Shown here one piece after another: positions 10,689-18,972 of a DNA stretch of 64,000 bases. Position 1 is the first letter of the stretch; every line of letters starts with the position of its first letter. Made by a program: the position numbers and the translations under genes. The stretch is from Candidatus Alkanophaga liquidiphilum. GTDB lineage: Archaea > Halobacteriota > Syntropharchaeia > Alkanophagales > B39-G2. The notes below the pieces were generated by a model. It did not search any database. It had not been told where the DNA came from and saw only the letters and a list, made by a program, of their open reading frames with translations. The stretch is taken from contig JAPHEF010000004.1 in the NCBI GenBank assembly GCA_029259535.1, positions 5,408 through 69,407 on the forward strand. The letters are read 5' to 3'.

Positions 10689-11108
10689 TTATGGCGTACT
10701 GAGTTTTAGACGGCTAAAGTTTAGGTTTGACATTTTGAAGGCGTTTTCGAACTCAGGGCGTTTGGCGAAGAAGAGGTGGCTTTCGCAGCGGCAGTCGCTG
10801 GCGCCGAAACGCTCGACGTGGGGGAAGCGTCCGTTTAGGAATTGCGCAACGTCGCACTCCGGGGCGTCGAGGAGGAGGACCGCCTCGACGCTCACGCCGT
10901 CGGCGTTCAGGAAATGGTCGATGTGCCAGCGCAGCTTCTTCTCCTTACGCAGATGCCTTCTAACGCGGGCTTCCAAATTCCGCTTCGCAGAGCCGACGTA
11001 GGCGTAATACCCCCTTTTGAAGAAAAGCACGCCGAGGCTGCCAATTCGAACTTCGGCGTCGGCAGCGTTCCTTATTATGAGAACGTATGTCCTCGCAAGG
11101 GTGCGCAT
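10689..11108 (-). CDS. GIY-YIG-like DUF123 family protein
   Basis: YVLIIRNA...GYYAYVGSAKRNLEARVRRHLRKEKKLRWHIDHF is a typical DUF123/GIY-YIG-like core. Confidence 0.55.
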   Translation of the reverse strand: MRTLARTYVLIIRNAADAEVRIGSLGVLFFKRGYYAYVGSAKRNLEARVRRHLRKEKKLRWHIDHFLNADGVSVEAVLLLDAPECDVAQFLNGRFPHVERFGASDCRCESHLFFAKRPEFENAFKMSNLNFSRLKLSTP

Positions 11109-11322
11109 CTAAATCTTTGGGGATGATACATTTATTACAATGGATATAGCAGCAAAACAGCACATGCGGCGGCACCTCTCTCCAAATCTGGCTACATACC
11201 AAGTGGCATAAGCTCCATGATTAAGGGTGCGAAGTGAGTCTTTATGAAAGCTGACCAAAGCTCTGCCGCATCCAAAACTTTAAATATGTTGGAATCCGAT
11301 AGGCAGAAAGGATAAGTTTTCA

Positions 11323-11961
11323 TTGCTCAACCGAGCAGGTGGGAAAGTGGTCAGGAAAGACAAGTGGAGGGCAAAGCAGTGGTATGAAGTAGTGGCGCCG
11401 GAGATGTTTGGCAAGATAAAGGTAGGAGAGACGCTCGCCGACGACCCCAAGAAGCTAATGAGTAGGAAAGTGGAGATGTTGCTCAGCGACCTCACGAACG
11501 ATATAAAGAACCAGAACTTAAAGCTCATCTTGCAGATATGTGATGTGGATGGCAACGTTGCCCACACGAAGCTCGTCGGGCATGTGATAAGCAGAGACTA
11601 CCTGCGAAGCCTCGTCCGGCGGCGCAGCTCGAAGGTGGACACCTACATCAACGTCACGACTAAGGACGGCTATATCGTCAGGATTAAAGCCTCCTGCTTC
11701 ACGCTGAGGCGTGCGAGACGCTCGCAGGAAGAGCTGATACGGAAGATAGCAGCGGAGACCATAAGTGAAAGGGCGAAAAAGCTCGAATTTTCAAAATACA
11801 TGCAGGAGGTCATTCTTGGGAAACTCGCCTCCGACATTTATAAGAATGCAAAAAAGATTTATCCTTTGCGGCGAGTAGAAGTATTTAAGAGCGAGGTGCT
11901 GTCCGAGGGCGGCGGCGCAGCGCTCGCTATCAAGGAAAAAGCGAAGGCACAAGCGAGTTAG
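11323..11961 (+). CDS. rps3ae: 30S ribosomal protein S3Ae (eS1)
   Basis: KDKWRAKQWYEVVAPEMFG signature, about 200 aa, TAG stop at 11959-11961. Confidence 0.9.
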   Translation: MLNRAGGKVVRKDKWRAKQWYEVVAPEMFGKIKVGETLADDPKKLMSRKVEMLLSDLTNDIKNQNLKLILQICDVDGNVAHTKLVGHVISRDYLRSLVRRRSSKVDTYINVTTKDGYIVRIKASCFTLRRARRSQEELIRKIAAETISERAKKLEFSKYMQEVILGKLASDIYKNAKKIYPLRRVEVFKSEVLSEGGGAALAIKEKAKAQAS

Positions 11962-13215
11962 GGGGTATCGAAAATCGAAATAAGGTTCCTTGGCGGCTGC
12001 AACGAGGTAGGGCGTTCGGCAATCCTAATCGATGGGAAAGTTCTGCTGGACTATGGGATGAAGCCTGCCGACGTGCCGGAGTTCCCGGTTGGTGAGGCTT
12101 TCCCCGAGGTTGTTGTGGTATCGCATGCGCACCTTGACCATTCGGGCGTCGTGCCGAACCTCATGCGCTCGTCGCCGAGTGTTTATATGACGCCTGTCAC
12201 GAGGGAGCTGCTCTACATCCTATGTAAGGACACTCTGAAGCTGGGGAAGGAGCAGGGCATCTGCGTGTTTGATAAGAGGGACTTGAACGACCTGATGAAC
12301 TATGCGTTCATGATGCCGTATCGAGAGCGTTTCTGGTCGTCGGGCTACGAGTTCGAGCTCTACGATGCCGGACACATCCCCGGCAGCGCCTCGGTACACG
12401 TGCGCAGCGAGCGGGACGACCTAAATCTGTTCTACACAGGCGACATTAAATTAGAGGACACACGTCTGTTAAAAGGGGCGGACATAAACCCGCCGGAAAC
12501 TGACGTCCTGATAATAGAAAGCACATACTTCGGGGAAAAACACCCCGACCGGCGAGAGCTGGAAGAGCGTTTCGTGGCGTCCGTCGAGGAGACGCTGGAC
12601 GCCGGCGGCAACGCCATCGTGCCGTGCTTCGCAGTCGGGCGGACGCAGGAGATGGTAATGATTCTGCATGCGCACGGGATTACGCCATATGTTGACGGTA
12701 TGGGGCTGAGCGTGCTCCGCAAGATTAAAAAGCACCTGTCGTTCATGAGGGACGGAGAGGCGCTTGTCGAGGCTTTCAAGGATGCCCGCTTCGTCACGCC
12801 GAAGAGCAGGAAGAAAGTTCTTTCGGAGCCGTCCGTCGTGGTAACGACGGCAGGCATGCTGAACGGCGGACCCGCGCTCTACTATCTTGAGAGGATAAAA
12901 GACGACCCTCGCAGCAAAATCTTGCTCACCGGCTACCAAATCGAAGGCACTAACGGGCGAAGGCTGCTTGAAGAGGGTGTCATCGAGCTGAACGGCGGCA
13001 CAGTCAAAGTGAAAGCACAGGTGGAGCAATATGACTTCTCGGCGCATGCCGACGACTCAGACCTGAAGATGCTCATCGAACGCTTCTGCGAGCGAGGCGT
13101 CGAATACGTGTTCACGGTGCATGGCGAAAATGCGGCGGCGTTTGCAGCGTGGATTCGAGAGAACTTTGACTGCCAGAGCTTTGCTCCTAACCTCGGAGAG
13201 TCGTTTGTGATTTAA
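11962..13215 (+). CDS. beta-CASP / metallo-beta-lactamase-fold ribonuclease-like protein (aCPSF2-like); start codon unresolved
   Basis: Motifs VVVSHAHLDHSG, DAGHIPGSA, YTGD, ESTYF and C-terminal VHGE. The first canonical start is 12058. The conserved first strand KIEIRFLGGCNEVGRSAILIDGKVLLDYG is encoded at 11971-12057, in the frame that opens right after the S3Ae TAG. Confidence 0.75.
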   Translation, partial: GVSKIEIRFLGGCNEVGRSAILIDGKVLLDYGMKPADVPEFPVGEAFPEVVVVSHAHLDHSGVVPNLMRSSPSVYMTPVTRELLYILCKDTLKLGKEQGICVFDKRDLNDLMNYAFMMPYRERFWSSGYEFELYDAGHIPGSASVHVRSERDDLNLFYTGDIKLEDTRLLKGADINPPETDVLIIESTYFGEKHPDRRELEERFVASVEETLDAGGNAIVPCFAVGRTQEMVMILHAHGITPYVDGMGLSVLRKIKKHLSFMRDGEALVEAFKDARFVTPKSRKKVLSEPSVVVTTAGMLNGGPALYYLERIKDDPRSKILLTGYQIEGTNGRRLLEEGVIELNGGTVKVKAQVEQYDFSAHADDSDLKMLIERFCERGVEYVFTVHGENAAAFAAWIRENFDCQSFAPNLGESFVI

Positions 13216-13273
13216 GACGCACGAGCAGGACGAGGCGATTCGGATTCAGCAAGGTAAGTTGAAAACGCAAGGC

Positions 13274-14494
13274 TCAGAGTTGCCTTGACAGAGCCACAAG
13301 GTAATCGCTTTTCCTTTTAAAGCCGTGCTGCTTTGCGAGTTTTTTGAGTGCCTTGTCGAAGCCGCTGCCGTATTGTGCTGCCCTTTTTCTGCGTAGCGCC
13401 ACCGCCTCATTCACGCCGACGCTCGCGGCAACGAGCCGCAGGATGTATTTGCTCACGACGCCACTACTATCGATGTCGCAATGCAGCTTCCACGCCGCCG
13501 GCAACCCTAAGGCAAAGGTCACGAGCCGCCTGTCGAGGAACGGCAGCCGTAGCTCTAAACCCTGCGCCGCTGCCACTACGTAGTCCCTGTAAAGGTCGCG
13601 CTCATGCATCGAGAGCAGTCCCTCTAAGCACGCTTCGTTCAGCCTTTCCAAGCCTGCAGCCCTGTGCCGCTCGTAGCCCGCAAACAGCTCTTCGGAACCG
13701 AGCCCCGAAAACACAACGCTCACGTCCCTCGCCGCAAGACGGCAGGCGGCGAGCAGCGGAAGCGCCACGCCGACCTTGACGACGTCCGGCTCCTCAAGGA
13801 TTTTTAAAACCTCCTTCACGAGCGGCTCGACCTCGTCGAAACGCACAACCGCCTCCTCAAGCTCGAAGCCATGTAGCTCGGCAGATGCCCGTGCCCACCT
13901 CAGGTCCTCAGCCTCAGTTCCGCTCCAAGAAACGCCAGCGGCGTAACACACAAAGTCCGCACCTAAATGCTTGCAAATCATCGCGAGAAGTGTAGAGTCC
14001 ACACCGCCAGAAAACAGGACGCCGACACGCCTCCCCTGCTCAAGCCGCTTTGCAACAGCGTCGAAAAGCAACTCTCTTAGCCGCTCTTTCGCAACTTCAA
14101 AGTCCGACGGTGGCGACAACGCTTCGAAAAAGCGACGACGCACCGTCCTCATTTCCCGCTCCCGAAAATTAAAAAGCAGCAACTCCCTTGGGTTAAGCGC
14201 CTTCACCTCAGCAGACACCGGCAGACGCCGCCGCAGCTCGCCACGCAGCGACGAAAAGTAAATACAATAGTCGTGGACGGTATACCAAAGCGGTCTGACG
14301 CCCAGCACGTCCCTCACAAGAACGACGACGCCGCCGTCGCTGAACGCAAAGGCGTAGTCGCAATCTAAGTCGAGAGCTTCAATCCTCCCCGCTTTAACCT
14401 CCTCGAAGAGCGATTTTAGGTCGGGAACGCCCTCGTAGCAAGTAATGTCTGCGCGGACGCCCGCCTCCCCCTCGCAAAAATGCCCTGAAATCAC
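13274..14494 (-). CDS. asparagine synthase-like PP-loop ATPase with truncated glutaminase domain
   Basis: PP-loop VGVLFSGGVDSTLLA. RDVLGVRPLWY is a remnant of the Ntn domain. There is no N-terminal Cys nucleophile (the protein starts MISGHF). Confidence 0.7.
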   Translation of the reverse strand: MISGHFCEGEAGVRADITCYEGVPDLKSLFEEVKAGRIEALDLDCDYAFAFSDGGVVVLVRDVLGVRPLWYTVHDYCIYFSSLRGELRRRLPVSAEVKALNPRELLLFNFREREMRTVRRRFFEALSPPSDFEVAKERLRELLFDAVAKRLEQGRRVGVLFSGGVDSTLLAMICKHLGADFVCYAAGVSWSGTEAEDLRWARASAELHGFELEEAVVRFDEVEPLVKEVLKILEEPDVVKVGVALPLLAACRLAARDVSVVFSGLGSEELFAGYERHRAAGLERLNEACLEGLLSMHERDLYRDYVVAAAQGLELRLPFLDRRLVTFALGLPAAWKLHCDIDSSGVVSKYILRLVAASVGVNEAVALRRKRAAQYGSGFDKALKKLAKQHGFKRKSDYLVALSRQL

Positions 14495-14671
14495 AAAATA
14501 AAGATTAGCGTCTCTGATTTAGCAGTTACGCTTACTTCGCGAGACCGCCTCATGGAAGTAATAGCGTTTGCCATTCCCGCCGTAAGGGCCACTTTTGAGG
14601 TCAGAAAAAAGTGCCGAGTGCGTGCCACATCACAATTAAGAATAGTAGAGTGGATTAAGATATTCTACAGA

Positions 14672-14910
14672 AGTCAACTACCCCTCCCTGACGGAAGGGG
14701 CTTGTAGGTGATTCCAATGTGGAACCCCTACATCAGGCCGGTTGACCGCGGCCCTGCGGACAGGAGCCCGCTCCCGTCCACAAGCATCATCGCCCTCGAA
14801 GCGTCCGGGTGCCTTAGGGCTTCCGCTTAAGCAATGTTAAAACATAAGTTTAAAAAGTTAACGGAGGTGAGAAGCCCGCTTTCCTTCCCACCCTTACGGA
14901 TGGGGTCTCC
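14672..14910 (+). repeat. copy A of an unclassified structured non-coding element (see 34391..34642)
   Basis: It aligns block by block with the reverse complement of 34391..34642. Shared blocks: agtcaactacc, ggcttgtaggtgatt, aacccctacatcagg, ggagcccgctcc, agcatcatcgcc, gggtgccttagggcttccgcttaa, tttaaaag, taacggRggtgagaa, ggtctcc. Indels of 7 and 5 nt argue against coding. Confidence 0.75.
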
Positions 14911-14932
14911 AGCGGGCGCGTGAGGTGAAAAG

Positions 14933-16243
14933 ATGGAAGGGCACGTCCCTAGGACGCATTACTCCAAAGAGATACGCCCGGAGATGGACGGCGAGGAGGT
15001 CGTGGCGGCGGGCTGGGTGCACGAGCGCCGTGATCTCGGCGGCTTGCTCTTTTTGATACTCAGGGATAGGGAGGGCTTCGTCCAAGTAACGCTGCGCAAG
15101 GACCGGACGAGCGAGAAGCTTCTTGAGTGTGTTAAGCGGCTGAGCAAAGAGTCGGTCGTCTCGGTGCGTGGCATCGTGCGCAGCGACAAAAGGGCGCCGA
15201 ATGGATGCGAGCTCATCCCCAAGGAGATAAAGGTGCTGAGCGTAGCCGAGACGCCGCTACCGCTCGAAGTTTCAGGTCGCATAAGGTCTGAACTTGATAC
15301 GAGGCTCGACGTTCGGTTTCTGGACCTGCGAATCCCGCGTAACCGGGAAATCTTCAGAATACGGAGCGAAGTTCTGAAGGAGATAAGAAGGTTTTTGGAC
15401 GGGCGGGGCTTCATTGAGGTGAATACCCCGAAAATCGTGGCGGCGGCGACCGAAGGTGGCACCGCCCTCTTCCCAATTTCGTATTTTGAGCGGGAAGCCT
15501 TCCTGAGCCAGAGCCCGCAGCTCTACAAGCAAATGTTGATGGCGACCGGACTCGACAGGGTTTACGAGATTGCGCCGATTTTCAGAGCCGAGGAGCACGA
15601 CACGACGAGGCATTTGAACGAGGCGACGTCCGCCGACATCGAAGCGGCGTTCGCCGACCACGAATGGGTGATGCGCACGCTGGAAGCGCTTATCGCCTCC
15701 GTTTACGAGAACATCCGGGAGAATTCCAGCGGAAGCCTTGAGGTTCTAGGGGTAGAGCTGCCGGAGGTGAAGCCGCCATTCGAGCGGATAACCTATACCG
15801 AAGCTTTAGAGCTGCTGGCGGAGCGTAGCGTCGAGCTTGAGTGGGGGGAAGACCTGAGCACCGCCGCCGAGAAAACGCTCGGTGAAATCATGGGCGCCCA
15901 CTATTTCATCGTAGAATGGCCGACGAGCGTCAAACCCTATTACACGATGCCTTTCGAGGGTCGTGAAGAAGTCTGCAAAGCGTTCGACCTCATGCATCCA
16001 AGAATGGAGCTTGCCTCGGGATCGCAGAGGATTCATGACTATGAAATGCTACGTGCGAGCATAGAGCGGTGCGGGCTGAGCCCTGAAAGCTTCAAGTTCT
16101 ATCTGGATGCGTTCCGCTACGGCATGCCGCCGCATGCCGGCTGGGGGCTCGGCGTCGAAAGACTCCTGATGACCATGCTCGAAATCGAGAACATTAGAGA
16201 GGTCATCCTCTTCCCCAGAGACCGCAAAAGGCTCGTGCCGTAG
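14933..16243 (+). CDS. aspS: aspartyl-tRNA synthetase (archaeal type)
   Basis: OB-fold N-terminus (GWVHERRDLGGLLFLILRD) and class II motifs FRAEEHDTTRHLNE and GLGVERL; 436 aa. Confidence 0.95.
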   Translation: MEGHVPRTHYSKEIRPEMDGEEVVAAGWVHERRDLGGLLFLILRDREGFVQVTLRKDRTSEKLLECVKRLSKESVVSVRGIVRSDKRAPNGCELIPKEIKVLSVAETPLPLEVSGRIRSELDTRLDVRFLDLRIPRNREIFRIRSEVLKEIRRFLDGRGFIEVNTPKIVAAATEGGTALFPISYFEREAFLSQSPQLYKQMLMATGLDRVYEIAPIFRAEEHDTTRHLNEATSADIEAAFADHEWVMRTLEALIASVYENIRENSSGSLEVLGVELPEVKPPFERITYTEALELLAERSVELEWGEDLSTAAEKTLGEIMGAHYFIVEWPTSVKPYYTMPFEGREEVCKAFDLMHPRMELASGSQRIHDYEMLRASIERCGLSPESFKFYLDAFRYGMPPHAGWGLGVERLLMTMLEIENIREVILFPRDRKRLVP

Positions 16244-16386
16244 CACGTTGCCGCAGCGTCTCCCTGCGGCCGGCGATTTTTGTCTCCATTTTCACCAAAT
16301 AGAGCAGTCCAAAACAAAAAAGCTCTTCGTATATAGTCGCTTTCAGTCGCTTCATAATACCTCTGCAATCAAAACACATCGTTAAA

Positions 16387-16395
16387 TTTATATAA
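16387..16395 (+). promoter_or_regulatory. TATA box candidate for the gar1-tfb unit
   Basis: TTTATATAA lies about 40 nt upstream of the TTG start at 16436, and SD AGGAGGGG sits just before the start. Confidence 0.4.
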
Positions 16396-16435
16396 TAAGT
16401 TGCGCAAATAATGATGAACTGAAAAGGAGGGGACT

Positions 16436-16723
16436 TTGAGGAAGATAGGAAACGTGCTTCACGTGTTAGATAAGACTTTAGTAGTGAGGGGCGGAAGGGA
16501 AGTTGTTGCTTCTAAATTAGTTGGTTCTTTTGTTGCTGTGGGAGACGGCATCATGGGGAGGATTAGCGACGTATTTGGACCTGTAAAGAAGCCGTATATG
16601 AGCGTGCGTATTTTAGAGGGGGTTAACCGTGTAGAGGCGTTGAGGTTGTGCGGGAAAGCTGTGCATCTTAGGGCAAGGAAGGGAAGAAAAGAGCGGAAAG
16701 AGGGGCGGCAATGGAAAAAGTAA
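16436..16723 (+). CDS. gar1: H/ACA RNP component Gar1
   Basis: LVVRGG...VGSFV...IMGRISDVFGPVKKPYMSVR is a Gar1 beta-barrel signature. TTG start, basic tail. Confidence 0.8.
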   Translation: MRKIGNVLHVLDKTLVVRGGREVVASKLVGSFVAVGDGIMGRISDVFGPVKKPYMSVRILEGVNRVEALRLCGKAVHLRARKGRKERKEGRQWKK

Positions 16724-17424
16724 GCATGAAAACAGGCGGGCGGACGGACGAAGAGCGGGCTCGTTTGTATAAGCTGAGCAAGTGGCATCGAAAAATGCGG
16801 ATGAGTGAGACGATGCGAAGGAATTTGGCAATAGCGGAGCCGGAGATAGAGAGAATGGCTTCTGAGCTTTCGATTCCTGCGGATGTTAAAGAGCGTTGTC
16901 TTGAGATATATAAGATGGCGGTGGAGCGAGGTTTGATAAAAGGGCGAAGCATAGAAGGCGTGGTCGCAGCCTCCATATATATGGCGTGTCGGGAGTGCGG
17001 CATGCCCCGGACGCTGGACGAGATTGCAGCAGCATCCCTCAGCAAGAAGCAGGTTAAAAACAAAAGAGCCATACTGGAGACGAAAGTCGAGGTGGGGAAG
17101 ATATACAGGTTCCTGCGTAAGGAGCTTGAGATAAAATTGCCAGTGGTGTCTCCCATGGAATACATAAACAGGTTTTGTAAAAGGCTCAAGCTGAAGGACG
17201 AGACCAGAGAGAAAGCTATGGAGATAGTAAGTGAAGCGTCGGAAAGGGAATTAATCAGCGGGAAGGGTCCGATAGGGATAGCAGCCGCCGCCATTTACAT
17301 TGCTTCAATCTTATGCAACGATAAGAGGACGCAGAAGGACGTCGCCAACGCTACGGGCGTCACGGAAGTTACAATACGCAACCGGTATAAGGAACTTGTG
17401 AGCAAGTTGCGTATTAAGTTTTGA
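16711..17424 (+). CDS. TFB-like protein: cyclin-fold core only, no Zn ribbon or B-reader
   Basis: LSKWHRKMRM...RRNLAIAEPEIERMASELSIP..VKERCLEIYKMAVERGLIKGRSIEGVVAASIYMACRECGMPRTLDEIA plus a second cyclin repeat with HTH (TQKDVANATGVTEVTIRNRYKEL). The frame is closed by TAG at 16669-16671, so no upstream N-terminal domain is possible. Confidence 0.85.
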   Translation: MEKVSMKTGGRTDEERARLYKLSKWHRKMRMSETMRRNLAIAEPEIERMASELSIPADVKERCLEIYKMAVERGLIKGRSIEGVVAASIYMACRECGMPRTLDEIAAASLSKKQVKNKRAILETKVEVGKIYRFLRKELEIKLPVVSPMEYINRFCKRLKLKDETREKAMEIVSEASERELISGKGPIGIAAAAIYIASILCNDKRTQKDVANATGVTEVTIRNRYKELVSKLRIKF

Positions 17425-17426
17425 CA

Positions 17427-18839
17427 ATGCAAGAAGAGCACAAGCAATTGAAATTATTTTTTGAGCCTCGAGCTGTTGCGTTTGTAGGCATTTCCGCGAA
17501 AACGGGAGCCCTTGCGTTCAACGCCCTTGAGAATCTACTGGCATGTGGCTACGAGGGGCGAATATACCCGGTGAATCCGAATGCCGACGACATTTTAGGC
17601 TTAAAGGCGTATCCCGACGTCAAGAGCTTGCCGGGGCCCGTGGACCTTGCGGTCATCTCGACGCGGCGGTCCTTGGTTCCAGAAATCGTTAAAGAGTGTG
17701 TGGAAGAAGGGATAAGAGCAATAATCGTGATAGGGCAGGGCTTTTCGGATGCTGGCGATGAGGAGGGGCGGCAGCTGGAGGAGAAGGTTGTGAGAATTGC
17801 GAGGGCTGGTGGCGCAAGAATCCTCGGACCGAACACCATTGGCGTGACGAATCCTTTTTTTAATTTTACAACGTCGTTCTTGAGACAACTACGTATTGAG
17901 AAGCTACCTATTGCGCTGATATGTCAGAGCGGCATTTTCTTTGGTGGTTTCTGCGACGGGCTGCGGTTGCTGGGCAAGGGCATTGATATTGGGAATGCGA
18001 GCGACGTGGGCGTTGCGGACTGCCTTGAGTATTTCGAAGATGACGAGGACGTGCGGCTCATCGTCGTGCACATCGAGGGCGTTCGCCGCTCAGGCGAGGG
18101 ACGCCGCATCCTCGAAGTTGCGGGGCGTGTTTCAAAGCGGAAGCCTATAATCGTATTTAAGACGGGGCGTGGGCGGCAGGCGGCGTCCGCAATACGCTCG
18201 CACACCGCATCACTCGTTGGCGACGACGATGTCTGGGATGCTGCGTTTGGGCAGTGCGGTGTGCTCCGAACACGCGACCTTGATGAGCTTCATGACCTCG
18301 TACGAGCGTTCTGCAACTTGCTGCCGACGAAAGTCGAAAACGTAGCCATCGTCACACTCAGTGGCGGCATGGGCGTCATGGCGCTCGACGCCTGCGACGA
18401 ATATGGATTAAGGGCGGCGACACTCTCTGCGGAAACGCTCCAAAAGCTCAGAGAATTGCTGCCAGCATGGCTTGAGGTTAAGAATCCTGTGGATATATTT
18501 CCTGCGATAATGTCAGCAGAGGAGAAAGGTGAAGTTTTGATGCGGAGCGTCGAAGCTGTCTTGTCGGATGAAAATGTTGATGCGCTCTTGTTGGTTGCGG
18601 GCACTTGGCTTGAGGTGGTTGCGCCGCCACTTTCCGATGTTTTGAAGGCTGCGGGCAGCTTCGGGAAGCCTGTTATTTGGTGTCCTTATTTGGACTGGGC
18701 GTTTAACGTTTCCGTCGAGGACGTGGAGCAAAAGTTAAAAGAAAAGGGCGTGGAGAACGTTGCGGTCCTCCCAACGCCGGAGCGTGCCGTGCGGGCGCTG
18801 GCAGCGCTCCAAAAGTATGTGGAATTCAGAAAAAATTAG
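17427..18839 (+). CDS. CoA-binding / ADP-forming acyl-CoA synthetase alpha-like protein
   Basis: FFEPRAVAFVGIS...YPVNP CoA-binding start, followed by succinyl-CoA-ligase-like flavodoxin domains. No ATP-grasp domain is present. Confidence 0.7.
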   Translation: MQEEHKQLKLFFEPRAVAFVGISAKTGALAFNALENLLACGYEGRIYPVNPNADDILGLKAYPDVKSLPGPVDLAVISTRRSLVPEIVKECVEEGIRAIIVIGQGFSDAGDEEGRQLEEKVVRIARAGGARILGPNTIGVTNPFFNFTTSFLRQLRIEKLPIALICQSGIFFGGFCDGLRLLGKGIDIGNASDVGVADCLEYFEDDEDVRLIVVHIEGVRRSGEGRRILEVAGRVSKRKPIIVFKTGRGRQAASAIRSHTASLVGDDDVWDAAFGQCGVLRTRDLDELHDLVRAFCNLLPTKVENVAIVTLSGGMGVMALDACDEYGLRAATLSAETLQKLRELLPAWLEVKNPVDIFPAIMSAEEKGEVLMRSVEAVLSDENVDALLLVAGTWLEVVAPPLSDVLKAAGSFGKPVIWCPYLDWAFNVSVEDVEQKLKEKGVENVAVLPTPERAVRALAALQKYVEFRKN

Positions 18840-18972
18840 CTCCAAGGGACTTTTCGCCTACTCCTACAACGTATCACATTAGAGCGTGCGTTTCCGTGAG
18901 CCGGTATGATTGCAAAGGGGTTTACGGGAATGAACAGAAAGCTTTTCTTTCTTCAAAACATCTAATCCGTTG

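Noticed and set aside
11959-11961. Idea that in-frame TAG codons (S3Ae/beta-CASP junction, and the small TM ORF at 20634-20636) indicate pyrrolysine or genome-wide TAG recoding.
   Set aside because: TAG is used as the ordinary stop of many clearly complete genes here (HAD, hisH, acyl-CoA dehydrogenase, PAC2, gyrA and others). No pyl genes are visible in the window.
14672-14910. The repeat element as SRP RNA, RNase P RNA, C/D or H/ACA sRNA, fluoride riboswitch or hammerhead.
   Set aside because: There is no GGAAAGUCC/ACAGAAA (RNase P) and no GGAA/AGCA helix-8 motif (SRP). The CGAUGAUGC and CUGAUG strings on the opposite strand lack terminal pairing and guide spacing for C/D RNAs. The hairpin before ACA is too short for an H/ACA pocket. 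The hammerhead CUGAUGA core is not present.
16405-16422. AUGAUGA followed one nucleotide later by CUGA in the gar1 leader, considered as a K-turn or C/D-like L7Ae site.
   Set aside because: The boxes are adjacent on one strand with no intervening loop or complementary stems, so a K-turn cannot form. This is likely chance.
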